Origin: a bacterium
GTDB lineage: Bacteria; Ratteibacteria; UBA8468; B48-G9; DSTR01
Assembly (NCBI GenBank): GCA_029551285.1
Contig: JAKPFT010000081.1
Coordinates: 18,620-82,619, forward strand
DNA: 64,000 nucleotides
Reading direction: 5' to 3'
The position numbers were made by a program, and so were the translations under genes. The notes under the pieces were generated by a model, which ran no database searches, was not told where the DNA came from, and saw only the letters and a program-made list of their open reading frames with translations. Of the stretch, positions 54,244 through 64,000 are shown one piece after another (positions within the stretch are counted from its first letter, which is position 1; the number at the start of each line of letters is the position of its first letter).

Positions 54244-55302
54244 ATGCGAAAACTAACTCTGGAGGAGAAGGTGAAAGAAAGTACCATTAAAATCGTGCTG
54301 GTTGGTTGTGGTGGTATCAGTCGTGCCTGGGTGAAACCTTTATTAGAAAGAAAAGACACTGTCTTGAGTGGTCTGGTAGATATCAACCGCCAGGCAGCGG
54401 AGAAACTGGCCAGTCAGTTCAACCTTGGAGCAGTACCGATAGCCACTGACCTGGCCGGTTTGCTTAAAACCGTTAAACCAGACGTGGTCTTTGACTGCAC
54501 CACTCCAGAATCTCATTACGCGGTGGCCATGACCGCCTTCCGCCATGGTTGCCATGTGCTTGCCGAAAAACCTATGGCTGATACGCTGGCTCATGCCCGG
54601 ACCCTGGTGGAAACAGCCGGCAAGAAAAGAAAAGTTTACGCTGTCATCCAGAACCGCCGATACTCCAGATGGATCAGGGGAATTGTCCGGCTGGTCCGCT
54701 CAAAGAAATTAGGGACACTGACCACGTTGACCAGCGATTTTTTTATCGGGGCTCATTTTGGCGGGTTCCGGGACCATATGAAGCATGTGCTATTACTGGA
54801 TATGGCCATTCATACCTTTGACGCTGCCAGATTTATTTCCGGGGCCGACCCGGTCTCTGTCTTCTGCCGCGAGTGGAACCCGGCAGGCTCCTGGTACGAC
54901 CACGATGCCTGCGCCATTGCCCTGTTTGAGATGAGCGGCAGCCTGATTTATTCCTACCGGGGCAGCTGGTGTGCCGAAGGCATGAACACTTCCTGGGAAA
55001 GCACCTGGAGGCTGGTCGGAACCAGAGGCAGCGCGCTCTGGGACGGTGGCAGCAACTGCCAGGCAGAAAGGGTAAAAGGGAAAACCGGCTTCAAGCGGGA
55101 GATAGAAAAAGTTGCGGTGGATTTCTCAGATATCCCCGGACTCCTGGAAGGACATGCCGGGCTGATTGATGAATTCCTGAACTGTGTCCGCCGGGGGAAG
55201 AAACCACTCACCGCCGGTGAAGACAACATCAAAAGTCTGGCGATGGTCCTGGCCGCCATTGAAAGCAGCCAGAAGAACAAACCGGTGAAGGTGAACTGGT
55301 AG
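54244..55302 (+). CDS. Gfo/Idh/MocA family NAD(P)-dependent oxidoreductase
   Basis: Rossmann motif IVLVGCGGISRAW. EKP motif (HVLAEKPMA). C-terminal alpha/beta domain. Confidence 0.8.
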   Translation: MRKLTLEEKVKESTIKIVLVGCGGISRAWVKPLLERKDTVLSGLVDINRQAAEKLASQFNLGAVPIATDLAGLLKTVKPDVVFDCTTPESHYAVAMTAFRHGCHVLAEKPMADTLAHARTLVETAGKKRKVYAVIQNRRYSRWIRGIVRLVRSKKLGTLTTLTSDFFIGAHFGGFRDHMKHVLLLDMAIHTFDAARFISGADPVSVFCREWNPAGSWYDHDACAIALFEMSGSLIYSYRGSWCAEGMNTSWESTWRLVGTRGSALWDGGSNCQAERVKGKTGFKREIEKVAVDFSDIPGLLEGHAGLIDEFLNCVRRGKKPLTAGEDNIKSLAMVLAAIESSQKNKPVKVNW

Positions 55303-55316
55303 CAGGGACAGGTGCT

Positions 55317-56279
55317 TCAAAGATATCTATGGTCCTTCAGGTAACCGACGTAGTCAGACACGGATTGCTCCAGTTCCTGGAAGGTGTGGCTGCAACCTGC
55401 CTGCCGCAGTTTGTTTAAATCGGCCTCAGTGAAGTATTGATACTGGGGTCTGACGTTTTCCGGCATGTCAATGTATTCTATCTCTGGCTCCATCCCTAAG
55501 GCGGCAAACAGCGCTTTTACCAGGTCGTTGAAAGACCTGGCTTTTCCGGTGCCAACATTGAAAATGCCCTTTCTGTCCGGATGGGTAAAGAAATACCACA
55601 TTACTTCCACCGCATCCTTTACATAAACAAAGTCCCGTTTCTGCTCGCCGTGGGCATACTGCGGTTGATATGACTTAAACAGCACTGCCTTTCCTTCTCT
55701 CTTGATGCGTTCAAAGGTTTTAAGCACCACACTTCTCATCTCTCCCTTGTGGTATTCATTGGGTCCGAAGACATTGAAAAACTTAAAGCCGGTGACCTGG
55801 CGGGAGAGACCGTTCTGAATGAGCCATAAATCAAACCAGTGTTTTGACCACCCGTAAGGATTTAACGGCTTAAGTTTTAAGGTGATTTCATCTTCGTCCG
55901 AGAAGCCAGACTCGCCCTGCCCGTAGGTCGCCGCTGAAGAGGCATAAAAGAAAGGCACCCTTTCTTTCAGGGCCCATTCTGCCAGGCGCCGGGAATAAAG
56001 GTAGTTATTCTCCCTCAGGTAAGCCTCATCCTTCTCCGTGGTGGAACTGCACGCGCCCAGGTGGACCAGAAAATCAATCTTTCCCAGGGCTCCGGAAAAA
56101 AGCCTTTCCGGGAAAACATCTTTCTCCAGACAATCTTTGACCTTCTTGCCTTTCAGGTTCTTGCTTTTGACCTGGTCAAACTCGTCCACCACGTAAACAT
56201 CTTCCAGCCCGGCCTGGTTCAGACGCCAGAGAAAAACACTGCCGATAAATCCGGCTCCACCGGTAAGAACAATTCTCAT
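55317..56279 (-). CDS. hldD: ADP-L-glycero-D-manno-heptose-6-epimerase
   Basis: Close pattern match to HldD: MRIVLTGGAGFIGS, GACSSTTE, NNYLYS, FFYASSAATYG, FKFFNVFGPNEYHKG. Confidence 0.85.
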   Translation of the reverse strand: MRIVLTGGAGFIGSVFLWRLNQAGLEDVYVVDEFDQVKSKNLKGKKVKDCLEKDVFPERLFSGALGKIDFLVHLGACSSTTEKDEAYLRENNYLYSRRLAEWALKERVPFFYASSAATYGQGESGFSDEDEITLKLKPLNPYGWSKHWFDLWLIQNGLSRQVTGFKFFNVFGPNEYHKGEMRSVVLKTFERIKREGKAVLFKSYQPQYAHGEQKRDFVYVKDAVEVMWYFFTHPDRKGIFNVGTGKARSFNDLVKALFAALGMEPEIEYIDMPENVRPQYQYFTEADLNKLRQAGCSHTFQELEQSVSDYVGYLKDHRYL

Positions 56280-56363
56280 CTTTTCCCTTTCTTCACTCTG
56301 ATAAAATGTACCGTATCAGCCGGGTTAACTCAAGCCCGATTTTTCTTACCGGTCTGGTTCAGG

Positions 56364-56369
56364 TATAAT
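56364..56369 (+). promoter_or_regulatory. -10-like TATAAT box and AGGAG RBS upstream of the nitroreductase gene
   Basis: aggTATAATtt is followed by aggagaaaaaATG (start 56391). Confidence 0.3.
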
Positions 56370-56390
56370 TTAAGGCAACCAGGAGAAAAA

Positions 56391-57041
56391 ATGGGCAAGA
56401 AACTTTTTCTCTCAGGCAGTTTGATTTTTCTGACAGTCACCGCGGTGATAGTTTCCAGCCAGGAACTGCAGCCAATCAGTCTGCCCAAGCCGCAGATGGC
56501 CGGTGGAAAAACCCTGATGGAAGCACTCAGTTTAAGAAAGTCAACCAGGGAGTTCAGTCCACAGGAATTGCCACTTCAGACCCTTTCTGATCTGCTCTGG
56601 GCTGCTTTCGGGATTAACCGGCCAGAGTCCGGTAAGCGAACCGCTCCTTCAGCGGTCAACTGGCAGGAGATAGACCTTTACGTAGCCACTCCCAAAGGAG
56701 TTTACCTGTACGAAGCCAGGACCAACCAGTTGAAGCCAGTGGCAGCGGGAGACCTCAGAGCCTCTTTTGGCCGCCAGCCTTTTGTGAAGACAGCACCGGT
56801 GGTGCTGGCTTATGTGGCTGATTACTCTAAGATGGGTCGGGCTTCCCAGACTGACAAGGACTTTTACTCGGCTGTGGACACCGGTTTCATCAGCCAGAAT
56901 GTTTATCTCTTCTGTGCCTCAGCCGGTCTGAACACGGTGGTCCTGGGAATCGTGGACAGGAATGCCCTCAGCCAGGCGCTGTCTCTGAAACCGGAACAGA
57001 AAGTAATTCTGACCCAGCCGGTTGGTTACCCGAAGAAGTGA
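56391..57041 (+). CDS. SagB-type nitroreductase-family protein (secreted/membrane-anchored)
   Basis: N-terminal hydrophobic segment. LSDLLWAAFGINRP...YVA....GVYLY is typical of the SagB/ThcOx nitroreductase subfamily. Confidence 0.7.
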   Translation: MGKKLFLSGSLIFLTVTAVIVSSQELQPISLPKPQMAGGKTLMEALSLRKSTREFSPQELPLQTLSDLLWAAFGINRPESGKRTAPSAVNWQEIDLYVATPKGVYLYEARTNQLKPVAAGDLRASFGRQPFVKTAPVVLAYVADYSKMGRASQTDKDFYSAVDTGFISQNVYLFCASAGLNTVVLGIVDRNALSQALSLKPEQKVILTQPVGYPKK

Positions 57042-57061
57042 TCCTAACTTCACGGTATCTC

Positions 57062-58417
57062 TTAGATTTTGGAGAGCCGGGGCTGGCAGACTGCCACGTG
57101 AGGAAGGTCAAACTTCACCTGGCCATCCGGTGTGCGGTAAGGCTGGCTTAAGCAGCTCAGGATAAGGGTGCGGCCGCCACGGAGGTCAACTTCTACTTTC
57201 TGCAGGGGCTGGCCGGGCACAAGTTCTACCCGGGCTAATCTTCTGGCGTGATACTCCATATCCTCGGAATAGATAAGGTTTTCTTCCTCATCCATCTCTA
57301 CGAAAAATGAAGTCCGGGTGTTTGGCGTCTGGCCTTCCCGATGACGGCTGGCCAGTCCTACCTGGCAAGAAAATTTCGGATAGACATCCCCGTTAACAAA
57401 AAACTTGGCAGCCATGTGACCGCCCATGCCAAAACCATCCCTTACTTCAATTTCCCGACCATCTTCCGCCCAAACATGGATGGGAATTTTTCGGCCCTCC
57501 TTCACCAGGAAGCCTGGCAGTAAATCCACGTACTGGCAATGATGCCAGAAATAGGGGACCAGCGCGGTTAAAGAAAGGTTCTTCAACCCTTCCACTTCCT
57601 CCGGCGAAAACCGGGAAAAGGCAATACAGAAAGCCGTGTGCCAGGCGCTGGCCGTTACAAAGGTTGCTCGCTGACACTGGCCTGACAGTAACTTCTGCCG
57701 GTAGTGGTCTGGCTTTCCCTGATAGACCGACTGGATAACCCTGCCCACCAGTTTCATGCCTTCAACTATGCCCCTGTCTATCTCCACCTGAAGACGAAAG
57801 ACGGCTTCGGCGATACTGGTGCCCAGCAGCCTGGCAGGCAGAGGTTCAAAATCGCCGATGGCCGCGTCAAAAGCATGGTGCAATCTGAGGTGGCGGTTAG
57901 GGTCCGGGTCAGGGAACAGAAGGTGAAAAAGATTGTTATCCATGGCATGACCCGGGCTAAAGGGCTCCTGAAGGAAATGGCCCAGCGCTCCGCCCCAACG
58001 GATAGTTTCTTCCCAGTCTTTTTTCTTAATGGCTTCCACCATCTGGCTGAAGAGAGATGATAGGAGCTGGCTCATGGCAGTGTGTGACCTTCTCTGACCG
58101 CTGCCTGAGCAGGACTGCATGTTCTCGTCAGGGGGACTGTGGGGAATCCAGCGACCATCAGGCAAAGTAGCGTAGGGACGGCACTCCTCGTAGTAGACCC
58201 AGTCAAGAATTGAACACATCGCGGCCACCTTTTCTCCGACGGTCCTTATTCCGGCTGGCAGGTAAGGCCTGGAAAGAGCCTGGCTGTTCATCTCTAACTG
58301 GATGAGTGCCTGTTCCCACCCGGGCAGACTCTCAAAAGCCTTTTTCCCCAGCAGGGAATGACCGTTTCCTGTCATCCTCAGTTCACCTCGCCAGGAAGGG
58401 GTTAGCCAGGACGGCAT
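57062..58417 (-). CDS. hypothetical protein (possible zinc-dependent phospholipase C / S1-P1 nuclease-like fold)
   Basis: 451-aa ORF. The His-rich motifs GNGHSLLGKKA, GALGHFLQEPFSPGHAMD and HLRLHHAFD are weakly reminiscent of Zn-dependent PLC/P1 nuclease. Confidence 0.35.
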   Translation of the reverse strand: MPSWLTPSWRGELRMTGNGHSLLGKKAFESLPGWEQALIQLEMNSQALSRPYLPAGIRTVGEKVAAMCSILDWVYYEECRPYATLPDGRWIPHSPPDENMQSCSGSGQRRSHTAMSQLLSSLFSQMVEAIKKKDWEETIRWGGALGHFLQEPFSPGHAMDNNLFHLLFPDPDPNRHLRLHHAFDAAIGDFEPLPARLLGTSIAEAVFRLQVEIDRGIVEGMKLVGRVIQSVYQGKPDHYRQKLLSGQCQRATFVTASAWHTAFCIAFSRFSPEEVEGLKNLSLTALVPYFWHHCQYVDLLPGFLVKEGRKIPIHVWAEDGREIEVRDGFGMGGHMAAKFFVNGDVYPKFSCQVGLASRHREGQTPNTRTSFFVEMDEEENLIYSEDMEYHARRLARVELVPGQPLQKVEVDLRGGRTLILSCLSQPYRTPDGQVKFDLPHVAVCQPRLSKI

Positions 58418-58934
58418 AAAGTGGTCGGGGATAACCGATATTCACCACCGCTTCGGCTTTCACCACATCCAGTCCGCCATCTTCTGAGAGAAGGTCCTCT
58501 TCAATGTGACCGGCCAGACACCTTACCACCACAAGGTTGTGGTAACCTATCTCCATTTCTTTGAGAAAGCGCGCTTCAATATTAACCGGGCACTCCCTGA
58601 TGAGCGGCACCTTCACCATTCTGGCTGGCTCAGGGTGCAGGCCGGCTTTATCCAGTTCACTTTCTGTGGCTGGGATTTCCTCAGCGCAGATTTCGGCAGC
58701 CAGGGCCAGCGGTCTGGTCACTACATTAATGACCAGTTCCCCTGTTCTTTTGATATTCTGGTAAGTATGACTGGGCCGGCCAATGGCAAGACCGATTTCT
58801 GTGGCTGAAAGATTGGTGTAAGCGCCAAAAGTTCCGGCGTTGACCAGCCCGGACTGATGAAGGGTGGTAATGATAATTACCGGCTTGCCCCTGACTAACC
58901 TGGATAATCCTCTGGTCAGGTACTTTTTAGCCAT
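58383..58934 (-). CDS. flavin reductase-like FMN-binding domain protein
   Basis: Flavin_reduct pattern (IITTLHQSGLVNAGTFGAYTNLS...GELVINV). Start chosen at MAKKYL; the ORF runs to 59078. Confidence 0.65.
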   Translation of the reverse strand: MAKKYLTRGLSRLVRGKPVIIITTLHQSGLVNAGTFGAYTNLSATEIGLAIGRPSHTYQNIKRTGELVINVVTRPLALAAEICAEEIPATESELDKAGLHPEPARMVKVPLIRECPVNIEARFLKEMEIGYHNLVVVRCLAGHIEEDLLSEDGGLDVVKAEAVVNIGYPRPLYAVLANPFLAR

Positions 58935-59003
58935 AGGTTCCTCCAGTTGATTGCTTTGATTGTAGCCGTAGCCGATTTTCAGGGCAAATGTTAGAATAAG
59001 GCG

Positions 59004-61481
59004 ATGCGGATTAAAAAAATTTTTATCGTCCCTTACTGTCACGCTGACTGGGCCTGGACCTTTCACCGCCGCTGGCACGAAAAGCGCTATGTCCTGGTCT
59101 TCAAGGAAGTGTTGGCACTCTGTCGCCGATGGCCTGACTTCCGCTGGTATTTTGACACTTACCTCACCCAGTTAGAACCGTTTCTCCGCAGCTGTCCCGA
59201 ACTGCTGCCAGAACTGAGAAAACGCATCTCTCACGGACAGATTAATATCTGCGGAACCTATACCAATCTGCGACCGACCATGACCGGAGAAGAAACGCAG
59301 ATTCGGGACATCCTCATCGGCCAGAAAATGTACCGGCAGATTTTTCCTGAGGCTGACCTTTCTGTCTGTGCTTCTCCGATTGACGTTTCCCTGGGCCATC
59401 CGCAAATGCCCCAGCTTTTGACCTTGGGGGGATACCGCTACTTTCGTTTCTGGCGACCCCATGCGGCCCTTTCCGCCAAAAAAGTACCGCTGGAGTTTTA
59501 CTGGCAGGGTCTGGACGGAAGCCTAATTCTCTGCTCCCGGGGAAGTTATAGCGGACTCAACTACCATCAGAATTTTGAGAAGGGCTTTCAGAAAGAACTG
59601 GCCTATGATGCCGACCTGTCCCCTACCGGACTGCGCTGGCTGAGCCAGGGAATGGACGATGGTCGTCCGCTCCGGTCATCCTATGAGGACAGGCCTGTAC
59701 CGCTTCTGGCGCTGATGCGGCGGTGGAACCGGAGCAGGAAGCCTCCTCTCTGCCTGGCCACGCCTCTGGAATTCTTCCGGGTGATGGAAAAGGAAAAAGA
59801 CAACTTGCCGGTCATCTCTGGTTCTCTTGACCCCTGCGATGTGGCTTATAACGTGGGCTGGGGCGGTCAGCACGGTCTTTTCCGTTACCGCGGGGAAAAC
59901 GAGCGCCTCTTAACAGAAACAGAACTTTGCTGTGCCCTGGCCAGTCTTTTCGGAGAACCTTACCCGGCCGAAGCCCTGGAGAGGTTCTGGCAGGAACATC
60001 TTCTCAGCTGTGCCCATGCCACTCAGTGGCTCTTCACCCCCGATTTTGAGGAAATAAAAAATCGGGCTGTCCGGGTCAATCTTTCTGTCAGGGAACTGAA
60101 GCGGAAAACTCTAAAAAAGATAACCAGCCAGTTTTCTTTTCCCGGGGACGCAGAAGCAGTGGTTTTCAATCCTCTGCCGTTCAGGAGAGAAACCAACCTT
60201 TCTTTAGTGATTTCCTTCCCGGAGAAAAACAGGAAGTTAGTTCTGACTGACGAGACCGGCCGACAACTTCCCATCCAGATAACCGAGCGCAATCGGGACC
60301 AGAAAACCGTCTGGGAATATCTAATTACGACCAGGGTGAAACTACCGGCCTCGGGTTTTACTTTCCTGCGTCTTAGTCCCCGCAAAAAGCCTTGCCCTGA
60401 AAAAGTTTCCCCGGCTTTAAAAATTCTCTGGGAGAACCAGGAAATTACTTCTGTCGTTGCTGGAGAGAGAAAATACCGCTGCCCGGAGGGCTCCGGGTTT
60501 GGTGTCTTAAGACTGTACCGGATAGATACCACCAGAGGCATCCTGCACGTCGGGCCCGTCACAGGGATGGAAACAGTTACCTGGGAGAAAACCTGGCCGC
60601 CACAGGATGGTCCGTTGTTCACCCTCTGGGAAAGCCAGGGCCGGATTGGTCCCCATCGCCTCCTCCGGAGAGTATTCCTCCATAAGAAAGAACCAAGGTT
60701 GGAATTCCAGGTGGTACTGGACTGGCAGGAAGAAGATGGTTTTCTCACCATAGAATGGCCGCGTCTGAACCAGGGTCAAATTTTTGCTGATGTTCCCTTC
60801 GGAGTGGAAGAAAAAAGGATAGAGGAAGAACCCTTCCAACTGTCCACGGCCAGGGTCTGGGACGCAATTGAACGGCAGCGAAAAAATCTTTTCTACGCCA
60901 GGTCTTTTCTTCTGCAACAAAGTCGGGACATCGGCTTCGGTTACATCAACCATGACGCTACCCGCTATTACCTTCTGGGAGAAGCCACTGTCGCCCACAT
61001 TCTGCACAACAGTGTCACGCGCCTGTCAGGCTGGGAAAAATTCGTGAATGATTCCATTAAGGGCAGGGGACAGCACCGGTTTGTGTCTCATCTTGTTTTC
61101 CCTGAAGGTGACCGCAAAGCAACCTACCTTGCCTGTCTGGCCCAGAGCCTGGCCAGCCCGCCGGAACTGCTCTGGCTGGACCGTCCCTTAACCGGAAAAA
61201 AGAAAGCACCGGTCAGCTTTCTTTCGCTGAAGCCGGCCAATCTTATCTTCACTGCCTTTTATCGTGACGGAACAGATTACATTCTCAGGTTTTATGAGAC
61301 CGAAGGCCGCAAAACTACGGCCACCATTGAATTGGGCTGGCCAGTCTTCAGGGTAAACCAGACGGACTTGAGGGGAAACATCATCCGGAGACTGCCGTCC
61401 GGCCAGACCATAAAGTTTTCGGTGAACCCCTGGCAGATTGTGACGCTCCGTCTTCAGACGAAAGGGGCATCACCGGTATAA
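59004..61481 (+). CDS. glycoside hydrolase family 38 alpha-mannosidase-like protein (second copy)
   Basis: N-terminal IVPYCHADWAWTF (HxDxxW). 825 aa. The domain order resembles 13427..16558 but with a shorter C-terminus. Confidence 0.65.
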   Translation: MRIKKIFIVPYCHADWAWTFHRRWHEKRYVLVFKEVLALCRRWPDFRWYFDTYLTQLEPFLRSCPELLPELRKRISHGQINICGTYTNLRPTMTGEETQIRDILIGQKMYRQIFPEADLSVCASPIDVSLGHPQMPQLLTLGGYRYFRFWRPHAALSAKKVPLEFYWQGLDGSLILCSRGSYSGLNYHQNFEKGFQKELAYDADLSPTGLRWLSQGMDDGRPLRSSYEDRPVPLLALMRRWNRSRKPPLCLATPLEFFRVMEKEKDNLPVISGSLDPCDVAYNVGWGGQHGLFRYRGENERLLTETELCCALASLFGEPYPAEALERFWQEHLLSCAHATQWLFTPDFEEIKNRAVRVNLSVRELKRKTLKKITSQFSFPGDAEAVVFNPLPFRRETNLSLVISFPEKNRKLVLTDETGRQLPIQITERNRDQKTVWEYLITTRVKLPASGFTFLRLSPRKKPCPEKVSPALKILWENQEITSVVAGERKYRCPEGSGFGVLRLYRIDTTRGILHVGPVTGMETVTWEKTWPPQDGPLFTLWESQGRIGPHRLLRRVFLHKKEPRLEFQVVLDWQEEDGFLTIEWPRLNQGQIFADVPFGVEEKRIEEEPFQLSTARVWDAIERQRKNLFYARSFLLQQSRDIGFGYINHDATRYYLLGEATVAHILHNSVTRLSGWEKFVNDSIKGRGQHRFVSHLVFPEGDRKATYLACLAQSLASPPELLWLDRPLTGKKKAPVSFLSLKPANLIFTAFYRDGTDYILRFYETEGRKTTATIELGWPVFRVNQTDLRGNIIRRLPSGQTIKFSVNPWQIVTLRLQTKGASPV

Positions 61482-62609
61482 AGAGGGATGCTCCCGGCTA
61501 TGTCTTTCCAGACCGGCCATGATCGCCTGACAGCTACCCGGCCAGCGATGAGGTGGTATATCCTCTGTGATGCCCATAATTAATCCGTCCACACTCTCCA
61601 GTTCGTTGAGAAGTTCCACCGTGGCTTTCTCCACTTCTTCGTCACTCTTCAGATGGAGCGAGGACGGAAAGTTCAACCAGAGGACTTTGTCCGGCCAGGC
61701 TTTTCTCGCCTCGGCCAGGGTCAGGTCAGTATCAGGAGCCGGGGTAAAAGCTTCAATATAGTCCAGGTCAGTTCTGGAAATCGCTTCCGCCAGCAACCGG
61801 CAGTTGGCATCAAAATGGGAACCAAGTAACTTTCCGTGCCGGTGCATAATTTCCGCTGCTTCCTGATAATGAGGCACATAATATTTCTCAAAATTCTCCA
61901 GGCCGATGATTTCCGGGACAACATTGCCGCCATAGTTAGCGTGAAGAAGCGGAGAACGCGCCACTATCGGATAAACCTTCCTTCGCTGTTCGGCAATCGC
62001 CTGGTAAAGTTTCAAGACCTCGTCCCGGCGTTCCATCCATTCGTAGCAAAAAGTTTCAGTGCCCATGTATCTGGAAATTAACTGCTGGAGAGGTTCTGAC
62101 CCGATCCCGGCCCGGAAGAGCCCATCTCCGCCCATCATCTTTTCCTTCTCCAGAACTTCCTCATAGGCTGGCTCATACCGTTCATTTTGAATCATAAAAA
62201 GCAACGGTTTGTAATCTTCAGGCTTCTCAAAAAGCCATTTCAGGTGCCAGGACGTGAACCCGGCTGGTTCCTCAACACTGCTCAGGGTGCCCACCGGCGT
62301 TTCATACAGGGTCCGAATCCGTTTCCTACCGTTTTCTTCCCAGCTGTACTGGGTAACCTTCACCTCAGGCAGATGAACCCTGAAAACCGAAGTCCGGCAG
62401 AGAATACAGAGGCCCTGGTTCCTCATCATCCTTTCGGCCTCACATTGAGGAATCTTGCTTTCATAAATAGTGAAAGGCACCTTCTCGGCATGGCCTCCCC
62501 GGAGAACCTTTTCCACCCGCTCTTTGGCTGTCACAGCCACCTCCTTTATTCCTTCCACCCGCATCCATCTGAAGACTAAAGGAAAGGACCTTTCTTGCCG
62601 CAAGGACAA
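61470..62609 (-). CDS. uroporphyrinogen decarboxylase (URO-D) family protein, MtaA-like (second paralog)
   Basis: N-terminal RVEKVLRGGHAEKVPF, then a TIM-barrel body similar to 26859..28010. Confidence 0.55.
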   Translation of the reverse strand: MSLRQERSFPLVFRWMRVEGIKEVAVTAKERVEKVLRGGHAEKVPFTIYESKIPQCEAERMMRNQGLCILCRTSVFRVHLPEVKVTQYSWEENGRKRIRTLYETPVGTLSSVEEPAGFTSWHLKWLFEKPEDYKPLLFMIQNERYEPAYEEVLEKEKMMGGDGLFRAGIGSEPLQQLISRYMGTETFCYEWMERRDEVLKLYQAIAEQRRKVYPIVARSPLLHANYGGNVVPEIIGLENFEKYYVPHYQEAAEIMHRHGKLLGSHFDANCRLLAEAISRTDLDYIEAFTPAPDTDLTLAEARKAWPDKVLWLNFPSSLHLKSDEEVEKATVELLNELESVDGLIMGITEDIPPHRWPGSCQAIMAGLERHSREHPSLYR

Positions 62610-62616
62610 ATTAAGG

Positions 62617-63831
62617 CTAAATCTTCTTCAGATACTTTTTAAGCTGGTCTGTTTTGCCCACCATCTTCCTGAGATTATGAGAGAAATACTCCGCCACCAG
62701 TTTCTCCATCAGTCTTTCCCTCTGATAGTAAAGTCTCTTCAATTTTCTTGGTTTTCTCCGGGCCAGGGCATAGTGGGCCACAATGGGCAGGGCTACGGTA
62801 GAGTCAAGGTAACAGACAATGGCATCCGGAAGCCTTTCCGGGTCAACCTTGCCCCAGGAAACAGCCTCGTGAGGTGTGGCCCCGGAAAGACCGCCAGTAT
62901 CAGGTCGCGCGTCAGTAATCTGGAAAAAATAGTCGTGGCCGAACTCCCGAATAAGAAGCACTTCCTGAATCTGGGGCTCGGTCTGCAGGAGAAAGTTCTT
63001 GGGACTGCCACCACCTACCAGAAAGGCTGCGGACTTACCGCCGGATCTTTTCGCGTGGAGAACAAGGGAAGTGGTCTCGTTGACGTCAAGGCTGGGATTG
63101 ATTTTCAGTTTGTTCCCCTCAATCTCCAGTCCGGCAATATCCATTCCGATGGTTGAATCGCCGGGAGAACTGGTGAAAAGCGGCACCCCAGCCCGATAGG
63201 CTGCAGCCAGAATAGAGACACCAGCAAGGCCGGTTTGCTTCTCCCCGGCATCGGCATATTTTCCCAGGTGATGATAAAATTCGCAGGTGCCCATTTCCTT
63301 CTGAAATTCAGGTTGCACCAGAATCGTCCGCAGAATTTTATCTGTTTCCATCAGACAGTCGGTGTAGCCCAGGAAAATGTCGTAAATGCGCACGACATCA
63401 TTTTTCCTCAGGTCAGTGTCATCCACCAGGGGAGAGCCGACATAAAGCGGCAGATTAAAAGCAAAATGAAGGTCGTGATAGAGATTGGCCCCGGTAGCCA
63501 CCATCCAGTCAATAAAGCCGGCTTCCAGCAACGGAACAATGGTGGAAGGGCCAAGGCCAGCCGGAGTAAGCGCTCCAGCCAGGCTCATGCCCACCGTGAC
63601 ATCATCAGCCAGCATTTTCTCGGTAAACAACCGGCAACCTTCCCTTAAGCGCGCGGCATTATAAGCCAAAAAAGCGTTTTCAATCAGCTCTTCCAGACTC
63701 TCCTGTCCAGTAATTTTTCGGGGGAGAATTCTGCGACCGGAAAGATACTTTGATTTATGAGGACATTTCTTCTTTCTCATCCAGTCAGGCAGGTCACTCA
63801 AGTCCTGCCTCATCCGGCGACATGGCTTCAT
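62617..63831 (-). CDS. deoxyhypusine synthase-like protein
   Basis: DHS-family pattern ([17 protein letters not shown]... and a C-terminal NAD-binding region). The true start may be an internal Met (MRKKKCPHK). Confidence 0.7.
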   Translation of the reverse strand: MKPCRRMRQDLSDLPDWMRKKKCPHKSKYLSGRRILPRKITGQESLEELIENAFLAYNAARLREGCRLFTEKMLADDVTVGMSLAGALTPAGLGPSTIVPLLEAGFIDWMVATGANLYHDLHFAFNLPLYVGSPLVDDTDLRKNDVVRIYDIFLGYTDCLMETDKILRTILVQPEFQKEMGTCEFYHHLGKYADAGEKQTGLAGVSILAAAYRAGVPLFTSSPGDSTIGMDIAGLEIEGNKLKINPSLDVNETTSLVLHAKRSGGKSAAFLVGGGSPKNFLLQTEPQIQEVLLIREFGHDYFFQITDARPDTGGLSGATPHEAVSWGKVDPERLPDAIVCYLDSTVALPIVAHYALARRKPRKLKRLYYQRERLMEKLVAEYFSHNLRKMVGKTDQLKKYLKKI

Positions 63832-64000
63832 TTTCTTCCTCCCGGTAATAAGGTTTTCTTTTGGCCTTGATTAAACTTTATTTAGCCAGTTGTGTCAATC
63901 TTATCCGGGCAAGACCCAGAACATAACTGGAAAGCTGTTTCCCGCTGAAGTTTTTGGCAGTTGAGCCATTTTTCGGGTATAATATTAACTGTACGCTAAC

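Noticed and set aside
1-64000. CRISPR arrays, integrases, transposases or toxin-antitoxin pairs
   Set aside because: No short regularly spaced direct repeats, no recombinase/DDE motifs and no typical small overlapping TA gene pairs were recognised anywhere in the window.

Overview
This is a gene-dense chromosomal segment from a roughly 55% GC bacterium; the gene content (RACo-like, NifX-like and MinD-ferredoxin proteins) suggests an anaerobe. Housekeeping genes are common: tilS, tmk, holB, dnaE, ksgA/rsmA, mtnA, trxB, trxA, pyrF, alr, gmk and hldD, plus tRNA-Leu(CAG) and tRNA-Val(CAC). Several accessory modules stand out. A gspG-H-I-J-K-like pseudopilin operon (18.4-22.7 kb) ends in a giant GspK-like protein with an Asp-rich insert. 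A cluster at 36.1-41.5 kb encodes TrxA, a RACo-like protein, two NifX-like proteins, a ferritin-like protein, a tandem MinD/4Fe-4S ATPase and a DUF5320 protein. A metal-homeostasis island spans 41.5-51.2 kb: a His-rich membrane protein, a DUF1980+DUF318 pair, an MBL hydrolase, a second DUF5320, Zur-ZnuCBA, an Fe-S-domain protein, an ArsP-like permease and ArsR. The most unusual feature is a tandemly duplicated, roughly 250-nt structured element upstream of znuA (48.18-48.73 kb) with stem-preserving covariation between the two copies, which points to a structured RNA. An AT-rich gene of foreign composition lies at the window start. There are two GH38 alpha-mannosidase-like genes, two URO-D/MtaA-like paralogs, and an ECF sigma / zf-HC2 anti-sigma / TrxB redox module. 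No CRISPR array, integrase or transposase was recognised.
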